From a virus (taxonomy: Duplodnaviria > Heunggongvirae > Uroviricota > Caudoviricetes), in the IMG/VR virus record IMGVR_UViG_2718217713_000003: 50,229 nucleotides of DNA; one strand, given 5' to 3'. The position numbers and the translations under genes are program-made. Shown here piece after piece: positions 8,821-17,664 of the stretch (positions within the stretch are counted from its first letter, which is position 1; every line of letters starts with the position of its first letter). Under the pieces are notes generated by a model, which was not told the DNA's origin, ran no database searches, and saw only the letters and a program-made list of their open reading frames with translations.

Positions 8821-9972
8821 TGGAATGAAACGCAAATACCGGTAAGCCAGATTCTGGCACTGACAGATAGAAAGCCTGTTATCTGTCAACGAACAGGGAA
8901 AAAACGATAAAACCCACTGGATTATTTTTATGAAAGAGGCATCCAGTGAGTAGATTCGTAAGGTTACAGATACGTATATCTGAATAATTAAATTCAGTTC
9001 TGTAAATAAAACTTAATCCTTAACCGGATGGATTTCTGCACCCTCAGAACATCAGGAGGCCGCCCGAAAGGGCGGTAGTGAAATGCGAAAGTTCAAAATT
9101 ATTATTGAAACGGGAATAGCTGGTGGAGATTTTGAGGATGTATTCGAAGTGGACGATGACGCAACACCTGATGAAATTCATGACGGAGCATAAGAAATTT
9201 TCTTTAACTACTGCAATTACTCATACCACGAAATAAAAGACGATGAGGAAGAACAAAGTGGCTGATTTTTGTTCAGCTAAATATAACATCAGTTTTGAAG
9301 AGCGGGATGAACTATTAATGGACTATGGTGAGTTACGCGGTGGAAGTGCTGCTGATGTCGAATCCTAGCGTGATGACTATGAAGCGGGAAAAACTCCGGT
9401 CGAAGCATATTGTGATGAGTGGGGCGATGAATGAGCGAGATTAATTATCAGGAAGGGCATGAAACGGCGGGGCAAGCAAAACCAGTGACATGGCGATATC
9501 GCTACGTGAAAAAAGGCGTTACGGACTTTCAGGGGAAGTAGTGGTCTGGTGACTGGAAATATGTACCGAAAAAAGAGGATTGTAACGACAGGCCGAACTA
9601 TCAAATTCAGGCCTTATTCACTGCCTCACCAGTCCCGGTTACATCAGAAGAATTGGTTAAAGCTGTGCACTTTTATGAACAACTAAAACGCGAAAATCCA
9701 CCAACATCCGGCAACTAGATTAATGGGTTAACTATGTCGGTTAAACGACCAGCCAACTGAAAAAGCGGAAACCTGATTACAGGTTGCCAGATAAGGCAAT
9801 GAGCTACCTGGCGCGGAACGGACTGATAAGTATGGGGAATGTTTTACGATGAACCTTTAGACTAAAGAGTTTGTAACGCTATGTAAGTGATTTTTTCTGG
9901 TTTAGATATTTATATGTCCGGCCAAATTGAGGTGTGTTTAAATGTAATTGCACATTGATTGTAGGAGGAATA

Positions 9973-10152
9973 ATGAAAAACGCATTGCAGTTTTTGTTTG
10001 TTGCGTTCTGGTTGTTCGCATCATGTATGCCCATCATCTTCACAGCAAGGTATATGGAAAAAGTTGATGTTTTGATATTAATATTTGGATATATAAATGC
10101 CCTTTTTTTAGGGGTGTTCATGGCGGTCATGTGCATTGAATACTGGCGGTAA
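9973..10152 (+). CDS. Small hydrophobic (two predicted transmembrane segments) protein
   Basis: 59 aa (MKNALQFLFVAFWLFASCMPIIF...FGYINALFLGVFMAVMCIEYWR) with a consensus AGGAGG Shine-Dalgarno 5 nt upstream of the ATG. Confidence 0.45.
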   Translation: MKNALQFLFVAFWLFASCMPIIFTARYMEKVDVLILIFGYINALFLGVFMAVMCIEYWR

Positions 10153-10486
10153 ATACAGCGAACTCCATTGGTTTAGTTGGATATTTACTGTGCTGGACAA
10201 AAACGGTTTGCGGGGAAATCTTAGTTAAGTAGAATGACTGCGGGTGCTTGAGGCTATCTGCCTCGGGCACGAACACCAACGGCAGGTAGAGAAAAGCCCC
10301 AGTTAACATTACGCGTCCTGCAAGACGCTTAACATTAATCTGAGGCCAATTTCATGCCAGACACATGTAGGTTAGCCTCTTACGTGCCGAAAGGCAAGGA
10401 GAAGCAGGCTATTGTTAACACCAAGCTGTAATGTCCCCTTTGAACCATTCTAAAATGTCCCCAGACAATTCTCTGGGGGATTTTTC

Positions 10487-10858
10487 ATGACCAAAGAAAC
10501 TGTTACGATGAGTCATAAGGAACTCCACCGACTTCAGATTATTCAGGAGTCAATTAATCGACATATTACTCAGGAACAAGCTGCGGCACGCATTGGCATT
10601 TCTATTCGGCAGGTTAAACGTCTGGTGCAACGGTATAGAAATGAAGGGCCTTCTGGTCTGGTTTCCCACCGACGTGGAAAGCGTCCTAATAATTCCTTTT
10701 CTACTGAATTCAGAGCAACAGTAATTTCACTCCTCAAAGGCCGTTACGCTGATTTTGGACCTACGTTTGCGTGCGAAAAATTGCGCGAGATACACGGTTT
10801 ATCTTTATCCGTTGAAACTCTCAGAAAGTGGATGATAGAAGAGGGGGGTATGGCGTGA
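10487..10858 (+). CDS. DDE transposase, N-terminal HTH part (frame-disrupted)
   Basis: 123 aa with a helix-turn-helix (ARIGISIRQVKRLVQRY). The downstream catalytic frame is open from 10839, so the two parts join across a G6 run at 10842-10847. Confidence 0.7.
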   Translation: MTKETVTMSHKELHRLQIIQESINRHITQEQAAARIGISIRQVKRLVQRYRNEGPSGLVSHRRGKRPNNSFSTEFRATVISLLKGRYADFGPTFACEKLREIHGLSLSVETLRKWMIEEGGMA

Positions 10859-11828
10859 ACGCCGTCGTAAAATTGCCCGTATATATCAACGCCGCATGCG
10901 ACGACCATCTTACGGTGAACTGATCCAGATTGATGGCTCACCTCATGACTGGTTTGAAAATCGAGGCCCCAGATGTACACTGATCGTTTTCATTGATGAT
11001 ACCACCAGTGCGTTGATGGCGTTGCGTTTTGTGCCTGCTGAAACAACCCGGGCTTACATGGAAACCCTCCGGGGTTACCTTAATGATCATGGCGTACCGC
11101 TCGCTCTCTACTCTGATAGACACAGTATATTCAGGGTAAATAACCCAGAGCGGGAAGGTGAGCTGACCCAGTTCACTCGTGCGATAAAGACACTGGGCAT
11201 CGAGCCAATCCATGCCAACAGCCCGCAGGCAAAAGGGCGGGTAGAGCGCGCCAATCAGACACTACAGGACAGGCTGGTCAAAGAAATGCGGCTTCAGAAT
11301 ATCAGTGATATTGAAACAGCAAATGCATGGTTGCCGACCTTTATTGAAGCCTATAACAACCGGTTCGCTACGTCGCCTCGTACTACTGATAATGCTCATC
11401 TTGATGTGCACCATTCTGAAGAGGAACTGGGTTATATCTTCAGCCTACAGGCGAAGCGCGTTCTGTCTAAAAATCTCACTTTCCAGTACAAAAGCAGTGC
11501 GTTTCAGGTACGCAGTGAGGGCCGGGGATATCGACTTAGGCATTCGGTTGTTACTGTATGCGAGAACTTTGACGGTGAAATTAACGTTCTGTATGACGGG
11601 AAAGCGCTGGGCTGGGAAAAGTATGTTGATGGCCCGGAGCCTATACCACTGGATGATGAAAAGAGTGTCCATGAACGAGTGGATAATGCCCGTATTGATT
11701 TACGCTCAAAATACTATGTTAAACCTAAAGCTGACCATCCCTGGCTTACGCGCCGAACGCAAAGTCATCAGCAAGTTAAGCCCCCGAAGTTACCTAAAAA
11801 GAAGCCTGATCCCGATAAAAAAGATTGA
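10839..11828 (+). CDS. DDE transposase, catalytic part (retroviral-integrase-like rve fold; IS481-like, ISNCY not excluded)
   Basis: Candidate DDE residues are in IQIDGSPHDW, LALYSDRHSIF and PQAKGRVERANQTLQ. The first ATG in frame is at 10896. Confidence 0.7.
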   Translation, partial: KRGVWRERRRKIARIYQRRMRRPSYGELIQIDGSPHDWFENRGPRCTLIVFIDDTTSALMALRFVPAETTRAYMETLRGYLNDHGVPLALYSDRHSIFRVNNPEREGELTQFTRAIKTLGIEPIHANSPQAKGRVERANQTLQDRLVKEMRLQNISDIETANAWLPTFIEAYNNRFATSPRTTDNAHLDVHHSEEELGYIFSLQAKRVLSKNLTFQYKSSAFQVRSEGRGYRLRHSVVTVCENFDGEINVLYDGKALGWEKYVDGPEPIPLDDEKSVHERVDNARIDLRSKYYVKPKADHPWLTRRTQSHQQVKPPKLPKKKPDPDKKD

Positions 11829-12225
11829 AACCAAGATCGATTCGGTTGAGTGCATATCCATTCATAGGGTAGATTCTTAAGTCGCGTTTCTGGTGTTCAT
11901 TTTCGGGTGGTTTGTTACTTGTTTTACCGGGGATATGCCAGAAACGCGCTGAGTCAGTCTGGGCGGTGCGCGTAATGAGGCGTTATGGTAAATAGCCTAT
12001 GCTAATGTCCGCTAAGAGCAAGAAGCGGAAGTTGGCAGTTTTGTGGACTGTCCCCACAAAAGTGACTACAGAAATAGTTGCAATTCATAATTGATCATGG
12101 GTTGTCAGTTAAACTCGTGGCGATTTAAATAGACTAATTGGGAGTGCGTCCATTACTTATATCTTGTAATGTTAACTATCAGAAATGATACAAAGATAAT
12201 ATGTCTTTAAAGAAAAGGCTGATGG

Positions 12226-12250
12226 CGAAAAGTGGCCCGATGAGGGCCAC
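12226..12250 (-). terminator. Intrinsic terminator downstream of flxA
   Basis: Minus-strand stem GTGGCCCTCATCGGGCCAC followed by TTTT. Confidence 0.5.
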
Positions 12251-12264
12251 AATACGGCTGTCAC

Positions 12265-12597
12265 TTAGACGTAAATATCAATGGTGCCAGCGGTATTTGT
12301 ATCGTCTTTTTTCTCTTCTTTTTTATCAGGCTGAACTGTCGCGTCTTTATTCTTTTTCTCTGCCTGCTGCCTTAACAACTGCTCCAGTTGAGCCCTGAGG
12401 CTTTCAATTTGCTTCTGTACCAATGCAGCCATTTCTTTTTTCTGCTGTGTCGTCATCCCCTCTTCCGATGAGATTTTCCCAAGCTTTTCAGTCAGCACCT
12501 GAATTTGTCTTGTGATTTTGGCTATTTCTGATGTTCCTTCCGGGGCGGAGTTGTTTGAAATAACGGTTGAGGTATTTCCCTGAATTGTGACAGACAT
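12265..12597 (-). CDS. flxA: FliA-regulated protein FlxA
   Basis: 110 aa (MSVTIQGNTSTVISNNSAPEGTSEIAKITRQIQVL...), with an AAGGAG Shine-Dalgarno and a sigma-28 promoter upstream. Confidence 0.8.
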   Translation of the reverse strand: MSVTIQGNTSTVISNNSAPEGTSEIAKITRQIQVLTEKLGKISSEEGMTTQQKKEMAALVQKQIESLRAQLEQLLRQQAEKKNKDATVQPDKKEEKKDDTNTAGTIDIYV

Positions 12598-12620
12598 AGA
12601 TTTCTCCTTTTAAAAAAGCA

Positions 12621-12647
12621 CTATCGGCATGCACAAAAAAATCTTTA
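12621..12647 (-). promoter_or_regulatory. Sigma-28 (FliA) type promoter for flxA
   Basis: Minus strand reads TAAAGATT, 11 nt, GCCGATAG, against the class 3 flagellar consensus TAAAGTTT-N11-GCCGATAA. It lies about 25 nt upstream of the flxA ATG. Confidence 0.7.
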
Positions 12648-12799
12648 ATCGTATTTCTTGTGTCATTAATTGTTTGATGTTCAGATTGTTTTCCTCGCGG
12701 GCTGGCGCGCCTCAGAAAGTAAAGCTTGTTGACAGGGGTAAACGTTCGGCAATAATTTTCTGCCGCATGCGGGTGTTGCATAAAACGTGCTACGTTCCT

Positions 12800-13105
12800 T
12801 TATCGACAGGTCAGGTCACCGCTCACCCGCCGACGAGAAAGCAACACTGACATGCTAAAGCAAAAAATAGATGAATAAGTTGAGTTGTGCATATGTAGCC
12901 TGACCGTCACAAAGTATATGGTGTCTGTACCAGTAAGATGATGGCCGGACTCTTTAAAAACGAGCTGACCTGCACAATACAGGATGGACTTAGCAATGGC
13001 TGCTCCTGGCACAAAGCGGACAGTGATCACCGTTCTTACGACTACTTTCTGACTTCCTTCGTGACTTGCCCTAAGCATGTTGTAGTGCGATACTTGTAAT
13101 GACAT
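12800..13105 (-). CDS. Possible YdfV-like ORF (doubtful)
   Basis: 101 aa ORF in the position where I recall ydfV in Qin. Its composition is odd and its 5' end overlaps the relBE promoter-operator. Confidence 0.3.
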   Translation of the reverse strand: MSLQVSHYNMLRASHEGSQKVVVRTVITVRFVPGAAIAKSILYCAGQLVFKESGHHLTGTDTIYFVTVRLHMHNSTYSSIFCFSMSVLLSRRRVSGDLTCR

Positions 13106-13118
13106 TTGTAATTACAAG
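13093..13118. promoter_or_regulatory. relBE operator (relO-like inverted repeat)
   Basis: CTTGTAATGACATTTGTAATTACAAG, with repeated TTGTAAT and inverted ATTACAA elements, just upstream of relB. Confidence 0.6.
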
Positions 13119-13129
13119 AGGTGTAAGAC

Positions 13130-13369
13130 ATGGGTAGCATTAACCTGCGTATTGACGATGAACTTAAAGCGCGTTCTTACGCCGCGCTTGAAAAAATGGG
13201 TGTAACTCCTTCTGAAGCGCTTCGTCTCATGCTCGAGTATATCGCTGACAATGAACGCTTGCCGTTCAAACAGACACTCCTGAGTGATGAAGATGCTGAA
13301 CTTGTGGAGATAGTGAAAGAACGGCTTCGTAATCCTAAGCCAGTACGTGTGACGCTGGATGAACTCTGA
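13130..13369 (+). CDS. relB: Antitoxin RelB
   Basis: 79 aa (MGSINLRIDDELKARSYAALEKMGVTPSEALRL...). Its stop overlaps the relE start. Confidence 0.9.
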   Translation: MGSINLRIDDELKARSYAALEKMGVTPSEALRLMLEYIADNERLPFKQTLLSDEDAELVEIVKERLRNPKPVRVTLDEL

Positions 13370-13656
13370 TGGCGTATTTTCTGGATTTTGACGAGCGGGC
13401 ACTAAAGGAATGGCGAAAGCTGGGCTCGACGGTACGTGAACAGTTGAAAAAGAAGCTGGTTGAAGTACTTGAGTCACCCCGGATTGAAGCAAACAAGCTC
13501 CGTGGTATGCCTGATTGTTACAAGATTAAGCTCCGGTCTTCAGGCTATCGCCTTGTATACCAGGTTATAGACGAGAAAGTTGTCGTTTTCGTGATTTCTG
13601 TTGGGAAAAGAGAACGCTCGGAAGTATATAGCGAGGCGGTCAAACGCATTCTCTGA
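13369..13656 (+). CDS. relE: mRNA interferase toxin RelE
   Basis: 95 aa (MAYFLDFDERALKEWRKLGSTVREQLKKKL...RLVYQVIDEKVVVFVISVGKRERSEVY). Confidence 0.9.
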   Translation: MAYFLDFDERALKEWRKLGSTVREQLKKKLVEVLESPRIEANKLRGMPDCYKIKLRSSGYRLVYQVIDEKVVVFVISVGKRERSEVYSEAVKRIL

Positions 13657-13727
13657 ACCAAAGCATGACATCTCTGTTTCGCACCGAAGGTGACACTTCT
13701 GCTTTGCGTTGACAGGAGAAGCAGGCT

Positions 13728-13883
13728 ATGAAGCAGCAAAAGGCGATGTTAATCGCCCTGATCGTCATCTGTTTAACCGTCATAGTGACGGCACTGGTAA
13801 CGAGGAAAGACCTCTGCGAGGTACGAATCCGAACCGGCCAGACGGAGGTCGCTGTCTTCACAGCTTACGAACCTGAGGAGTAA
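13728..13883 (+). CDS. hokD: Hok-family small toxic membrane peptide HokD (RelF)
   Basis: 51 aa found by hand translation (MKQQKAMLIALIVICLTVIVTALVTRKDLCEVRIRTGQTEVAVFTAYEPEE). Below the ORF-track cutoff. Confidence 0.8.
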   Translation: MKQQKAMLIALIVICLTVIVTALVTRKDLCEVRIRTGQTEVAVFTAYEPEE

Positions 13884-13951
13884 GAGACCCGGCGGGGGAG
13901 AAATCCCTCGCCACCTCTGATGTGGCAGGCATCCTCAACGCACCCGCACTT

Positions 13952-13978
13952 AACCCGCTTCGGCGGGTTTTTGTTTTT
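13952..13978 (+). terminator. Intrinsic terminator after relBE-hokD
   Basis: AACCCGCTTCGGCGGGTT stem followed by a T-run. Confidence 0.65.
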
Positions 13979-14099
13979 ATTTTCAACGCGTTTGAAGTTC
14001 TGGACGGTGCCGGAATAGAATCAAAAATACTTAAGTAGCGCGCAGGGATAAGAGGGATGGTCCCTTAAAGGGGAGAGCTAATTATCCGGAAGGATTCTG

Positions 14100-14351
14100 A
14101 TGATGAACATCGAAGAACTGCGTAAAATTTTTTGTGAAGATGGCCTCTATGCTGTGTGCGTTGAAAATGGAAATCTTGTTAGTCATTACCGCATTATGTG
14201 TTTGCGAAAGAATGGGGCTGCGTTAATTAATTTTGTGGATGCTCGGGTCACGGACGGATTTATCTTGCGCGAAGGTGAGTTTGTCACTTCATTACAGGCA
14301 TTGAAAGAGATCGGAATAAAAGCTGGCTTTTCTGCTTTTTCAGGAGAATAA
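14100..14351 (+). CDS. rem: Qin-type protein Rem
   Basis: 83 aa ORF (MMNIEELRKIFCEDGLYAVCVENGNLVSHY...) in the Qin-like order after relBE-hokD. Confidence 0.6.
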   Translation: MMNIEELRKIFCEDGLYAVCVENGNLVSHYRIMCLRKNGAALINFVDARVTDGFILREGEFVTSLQALKEIGIKAGFSAFSGE

Positions 14352-14417
14352 ACTCATCTACAATCTTGCGCGGGGCTGAACTCCCGCTGAGTAACACCGT
14401 GCCACCGGAGAAAACCG

Positions 14418-14696
14418 ATGGCACGCAACGCAAAATATTACAATTCTGATAATTCGCCCGTTCTTGCCTGCACGCACGGGCGGTATTCTCACGCATTCAA
14501 GTTTGAATGGTTCCAGCACCCTCCATGCACTGCAGAACAGGCCGAATGGCTGATTCATTCTTACCGCAGGCGCGGGTTCGAGGTTAAGAAAGCTCTCAGT
14601 CTCGACTATCGGCACTGGATAATCTCTGTCAGGCTGCCTTATTCCGAACGCCCACCACGTGCGTCCCGCACTTTCCAGCAACGGATCTGGAGGTAA
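14418..14696 (+). CDS. Hypothetical protein
   Basis: 92 aa ORF whose stop directly abuts the GTG start of ydfU. I recognise no family. Confidence 0.4.
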   Translation: MARNAKYYNSDNSPVLACTHGRYSHAFKFEWFQHPPCTAEQAEWLIHSYRRRGFEVKKALSLDYRHWIISVRLPYSERPPRASRTFQQRIWR

Positions 14697-14697
14697 C

Positions 14698-15747
14698 GTG
14701 CGGGTATTACTTAGACCTGTTCTGGTGCCTGAGCTTGGGCTGGTGGTCCTTAAGCCGGGCCGTGAATCCATACAGATATTTCATAATCCTCGAGTGCTGG
14801 TGGAACCGGAACCAAAAAGCATGCGTAATCTGCCATCCGGAGTCGTTCCTGCCGTTCGCCAGCCGCTGGCGGAAGACAAAACATTGCTGCCGTTTTTTAG
14901 TAACGAACGGGTGATTCGTGCTGCTGGCGGCGTTGGCGCATTGTCCGACTGGCTATTACGTCATGTTACATCCTGCCAGTGGCCTAATGGCGATTACCAT
15001 CACACTGAAACAGTCATTCACCGTTATGGTACCGGCGCAATGGTGTTGTGCTGGCACTGCGACAACCAACTGCGTGACCAGACATCGGAATCACTGGAGC
15101 TGCTTGCTCAACAAAATCTGACAGCATGGGTGATTGACGTCATCCGTCACGCAATAAGCGGTACGCAGGAGCGGGAATTATCTTTGGCTGAATTATCCTG
15201 GTGGGCGGTCTGCAATCAGGTGGTGGATGCACTACCTGAGGCTGTATCGCGTCGTTCGCTGGGATTACCAGCGGAAAAAATCTGCTCGGTGTACCGCGAA
15301 AGCGACATCGTACCGGGAGAGCAGACCGCCACCAGCATATTGAAACAACGCACAAAAAATCTTGCACCGTTGCCTTACGCCCACCAGCAACAAAAATCAC
15401 CACAGGAAAAGACGGTGGTAAGCATCACCGTTGATCCAGAGTCTCCGGAATCTTTCATGAAGCTGCCTAAACGTCGCCGCTGGGTTAAGGAGAAATACAC
15501 ACGTTGGGTTAAGACACAGCCGTGTGCTTGCTGCGGTATGCCAGCCGACGATCCGCATCATCTGATTGGTCACGGGCAGGGCGGAATGGGAACAAAAGCA
15601 CATGATCTCTTTGTGTTGCCTTTGTGCAGAAAGCATCACAACGAGCTGCATACGGATACAGTGGCATTTGAAGATAAGTATGGCTCCCAACTGGAGCTGA
15701 TATTTCGTTTTATCGATCGCGCGCTGGCAATTGGCGTACTGGCGTAA
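14698..15747 (+). CDS. ydfU: YdfU-like protein (DUF968) with a C-terminal Cys/His-rich HNH-like motif
   Basis: 349 aa from the GTG at 14698 (GGAGG Shine-Dalgarno 5 nt upstream). C-terminal motif CACCGMPADDPHHLIGHG...CRKHHNELH. Confidence 0.65.
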   Translation: MRVLLRPVLVPELGLVVLKPGRESIQIFHNPRVLVEPEPKSMRNLPSGVVPAVRQPLAEDKTLLPFFSNERVIRAAGGVGALSDWLLRHVTSCQWPNGDYHHTETVIHRYGTGAMVLCWHCDNQLRDQTSESLELLAQQNLTAWVIDVIRHAISGTQERELSLAELSWWAVCNQVVDALPEAVSRRSLGLPAEKICSVYRESDIVPGEQTATSILKQRTKNLAPLPYAHQQQKSPQEKTVVSITVDPESPESFMKLPKRRRWVKEKYTRWVKTQPCACCGMPADDPHHLIGHGQGGMGTKAHDLFVLPLCRKHHNELHTDTVAFEDKYGSQLELIFRFIDRALAIGVLA

Positions 15748-15760
15748 GTGGAGAACGAGC

Positions 15761-16513
15761 ATGAACCTTGAAGCCTTACCAAAATATTACTCCCCAAAAT
15801 CTCCAAAATTGAGCGATGACGCTCCAGCGACAGGCACCGGTTGTTTAACAATTACGGATGTAATGGCAGCGCAGGGGATGGTGCAGTCGAAAGCACCACT
15901 TGGGTTGGCCTTATTTCTGGCAAAAGTTGGTGTTCAGGACCCTCAGTTTGCGATTGAAGGCCTGCTAAATTACGCGATGGCACTGGATAACCCGACATTG
16001 AACAAATTGAGTGAAGAAATCCGGTTACAGATTATTCCTTACCTCGTGAGTTTTGCCTTTGCTGATTACTCCAGGTCTGCGGCAAGTAAGGCTCGCTGTG
16101 AGCATTGTTCAGGTACGGGATTTTATAATGTATTGCGCGAAGTGGTGAAACACTACAGACGCGGGGAATCTGTAATCAAGGAAGAATGGGTGAAGGAACT
16201 ATGTCAGCATTGCCATGGTAAGGGCGAAACCAGCACAGCGTGCAGAGGGTGTAAGGGTAAAGGGATTGTTCTGGATGAAAAAAGAACCCGGTTTCATGGC
16301 GTACCGGTATATAAGATTTGTGGGCGTTGTAATGGAAACCGGTTTAGTCGTTTACCGACCACGCTGGCACGACGTCATGTCCAGAAGCTGGTACCAGACC
16401 TGACCGATTATCAGTGGTATAAGGGGTATGCGGACGTCATTGGTAAACTGGTAACAAAGTGCTGGCAGGAAGAAGCATACGCGGAAGCGCAATTGAGGAA
16501 GGTGACGAGATAA
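15761..16513 (+). CDS. quuQ: Late-gene antiterminator Q (QuuQ-like)
   Basis: 250 aa from the ATG at 15761, with Cys-rich zinc-binding motifs (CEHCSGTG, CQHCHGKG, CRGCKGKG, CGRCNG). It precedes the late terminator and the lysis genes. Confidence 0.75.
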   Translation: MNLEALPKYYSPKSPKLSDDAPATGTGCLTITDVMAAQGMVQSKAPLGLALFLAKVGVQDPQFAIEGLLNYAMALDNPTLNKLSEEIRLQIIPYLVSFAFADYSRSAASKARCEHCSGTGFYNVLREVVKHYRRGESVIKEEWVKELCQHCHGKGETSTACRGCKGKGIVLDEKRTRFHGVPVYKICGRCNGNRFSRLPTTLARRHVQKLVPDLTDYQWYKGYADVIGKLVTKCWQEEAYAEAQLRKVTR

Positions 16514-16619
16514 ATGATTTTTGCTGAAGATGGCGACATGATGTTTGCATTTTTCAAAAAAATATGGATAAAATTTTTTCAACGATGGGCTTTGTATACC
16601 CGACGTTAAGAAAAAGTAG

Positions 16620-16650
16620 AAAACCCGCTGATGAGCGGGTTTTGTGCTTT
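16620..16650 (+). terminator. tR'-like intrinsic terminator downstream of Q (late promoter region)
   Basis: CCCGCTGATGAGCGGG stem followed by TTTTGTGCTTT, about 110 bp after the Q stop. A candidate late promoter (TTGCAT ... ATAAAAT) lies near 16548-16580. Confidence 0.55.
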
Positions 16651-16935
16651 AAATGGGGCAATGGTAATGTTGAATCTCATCCCGGGACTCATGTCTGTTA
16701 ACTTATTATTTAGCTGGTGACTTGGTTATTTGCCTGATGTTTAAAATGTTTTCTTCCAGTACAATGTCCCTAAACACAATGAGTCTGCTTATTATATTAT
16801 TAGCAGAGCTATTACGGCCAAAGTACAGCATAAGCTTTTAAAGCCAATCAACCAGTCATCAAGACAGACGGGGTTATTCATAAAAACTCTCCATGTGTGA
16901 TCCGATGGGGCCTGAAATTAAAGCTTTAATATAGC

Positions 16936-17148
16936 TCATGAAAGGTAAACATTGGCAGCTGAAGGGCCACGCAGACCATTTATCCGGCAAAATTCCACGC
17001 GTAATCCGGTGGTAATTTCTTCTGCATCGCGGAGATTGAGCGCTGAGACATGAAGCTGGACATCGATACGACCATCGGATGGGGTGATAAGACCCTTGCC
17101 GCTTTTGCCGTCAAAGGTTTTGACAATTCCTGTCATTTTACGGGACAA
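16936..17148 (-). CDS. cspF: Cold-shock-domain protein CspF
   Basis: 70 aa cold-shock-domain protein ([26 protein letters not shown]...). Confidence 0.8.
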
Positions 17149-17448
17149 AAAAATTCCTTAATACTGATAACTTGGCGCACTATACACACGTTCCTGAAGA
17201 AAGCTATAGTTTTTTGATGGGGTTGAAGATGGCTGGATGTCTAAAATAAACATTGCTTCATATGTTCAACTATGCGTTAATGATTGCGTCGGTTTGAAGA
17301 ACAGACGATATACGAAGTAGTTTACTAAAGCAGTTCTCATTTCAGGTGTTATTCACTTATTCCTTCTTTGAGTCTCTCCAATTAAGTACGAAGTCGTTTC
17401 TGTTATGCAAACCATTTATGCCGAAAGGCTCAAGTTAAGGAATGTAGA

Positions 17449-17664
17449 ATGTCAAATAAAATGACTGGTTTAGTAAAATGGTTTAACGCTGATAAAGGTT
17501 TCGGCTTTATTTCTCCTGTTGATGGTAGTAAAGATGTGTTTGTGCATTTTTCTGCGATTCAGAATGATAATTATCGAACCTTATTTGAAGGTCAAAAGGT
17601 TACCTTCTCTATAGAGAGTGGTGCTAAAGGTCCTGCAGCAGCAAATGTCATCATTACTGATTAA
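17449..17664 (+). CDS. cspB: Cold-shock protein CspB
   Basis: 71 aa ([38 protein letters not shown]...), divergent from cspF across a 300 bp region of long 5' untranslated sequence. Confidence 0.85.
   Translation: MSNKMTGLVKWFNADKGFGFISPVDGSKDVFVHFSAIQNDNYRTLFEGQKVTFSIESGAKGPAAANVIITD

Larger units (their letters stand above)
10487..11828 (+). mobile_element. Insertion-sequence-like element (transposase gene; ends not defined)
   Basis: Two-part transposase gene inside the prophage. I could not find convincing terminal inverted repeats, so the span covers the coding part only. Confidence 0.5.

Noticed and set aside
10430-12070. Possible terminal repeats of the IS481-like element (TGTCCCCA-containing motifs near 10465 and 12055)
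   Set aside because: The two copies are in direct, not inverted, orientation and are short. Insufficient to define element ends.
12488-12850. 97 aa minus-strand and 73 aa plus-strand ORFs upstream of flxA
   Set aside because: They overlap the flxA sigma-28 promoter region and have no ribosome-binding site or recognisable family.
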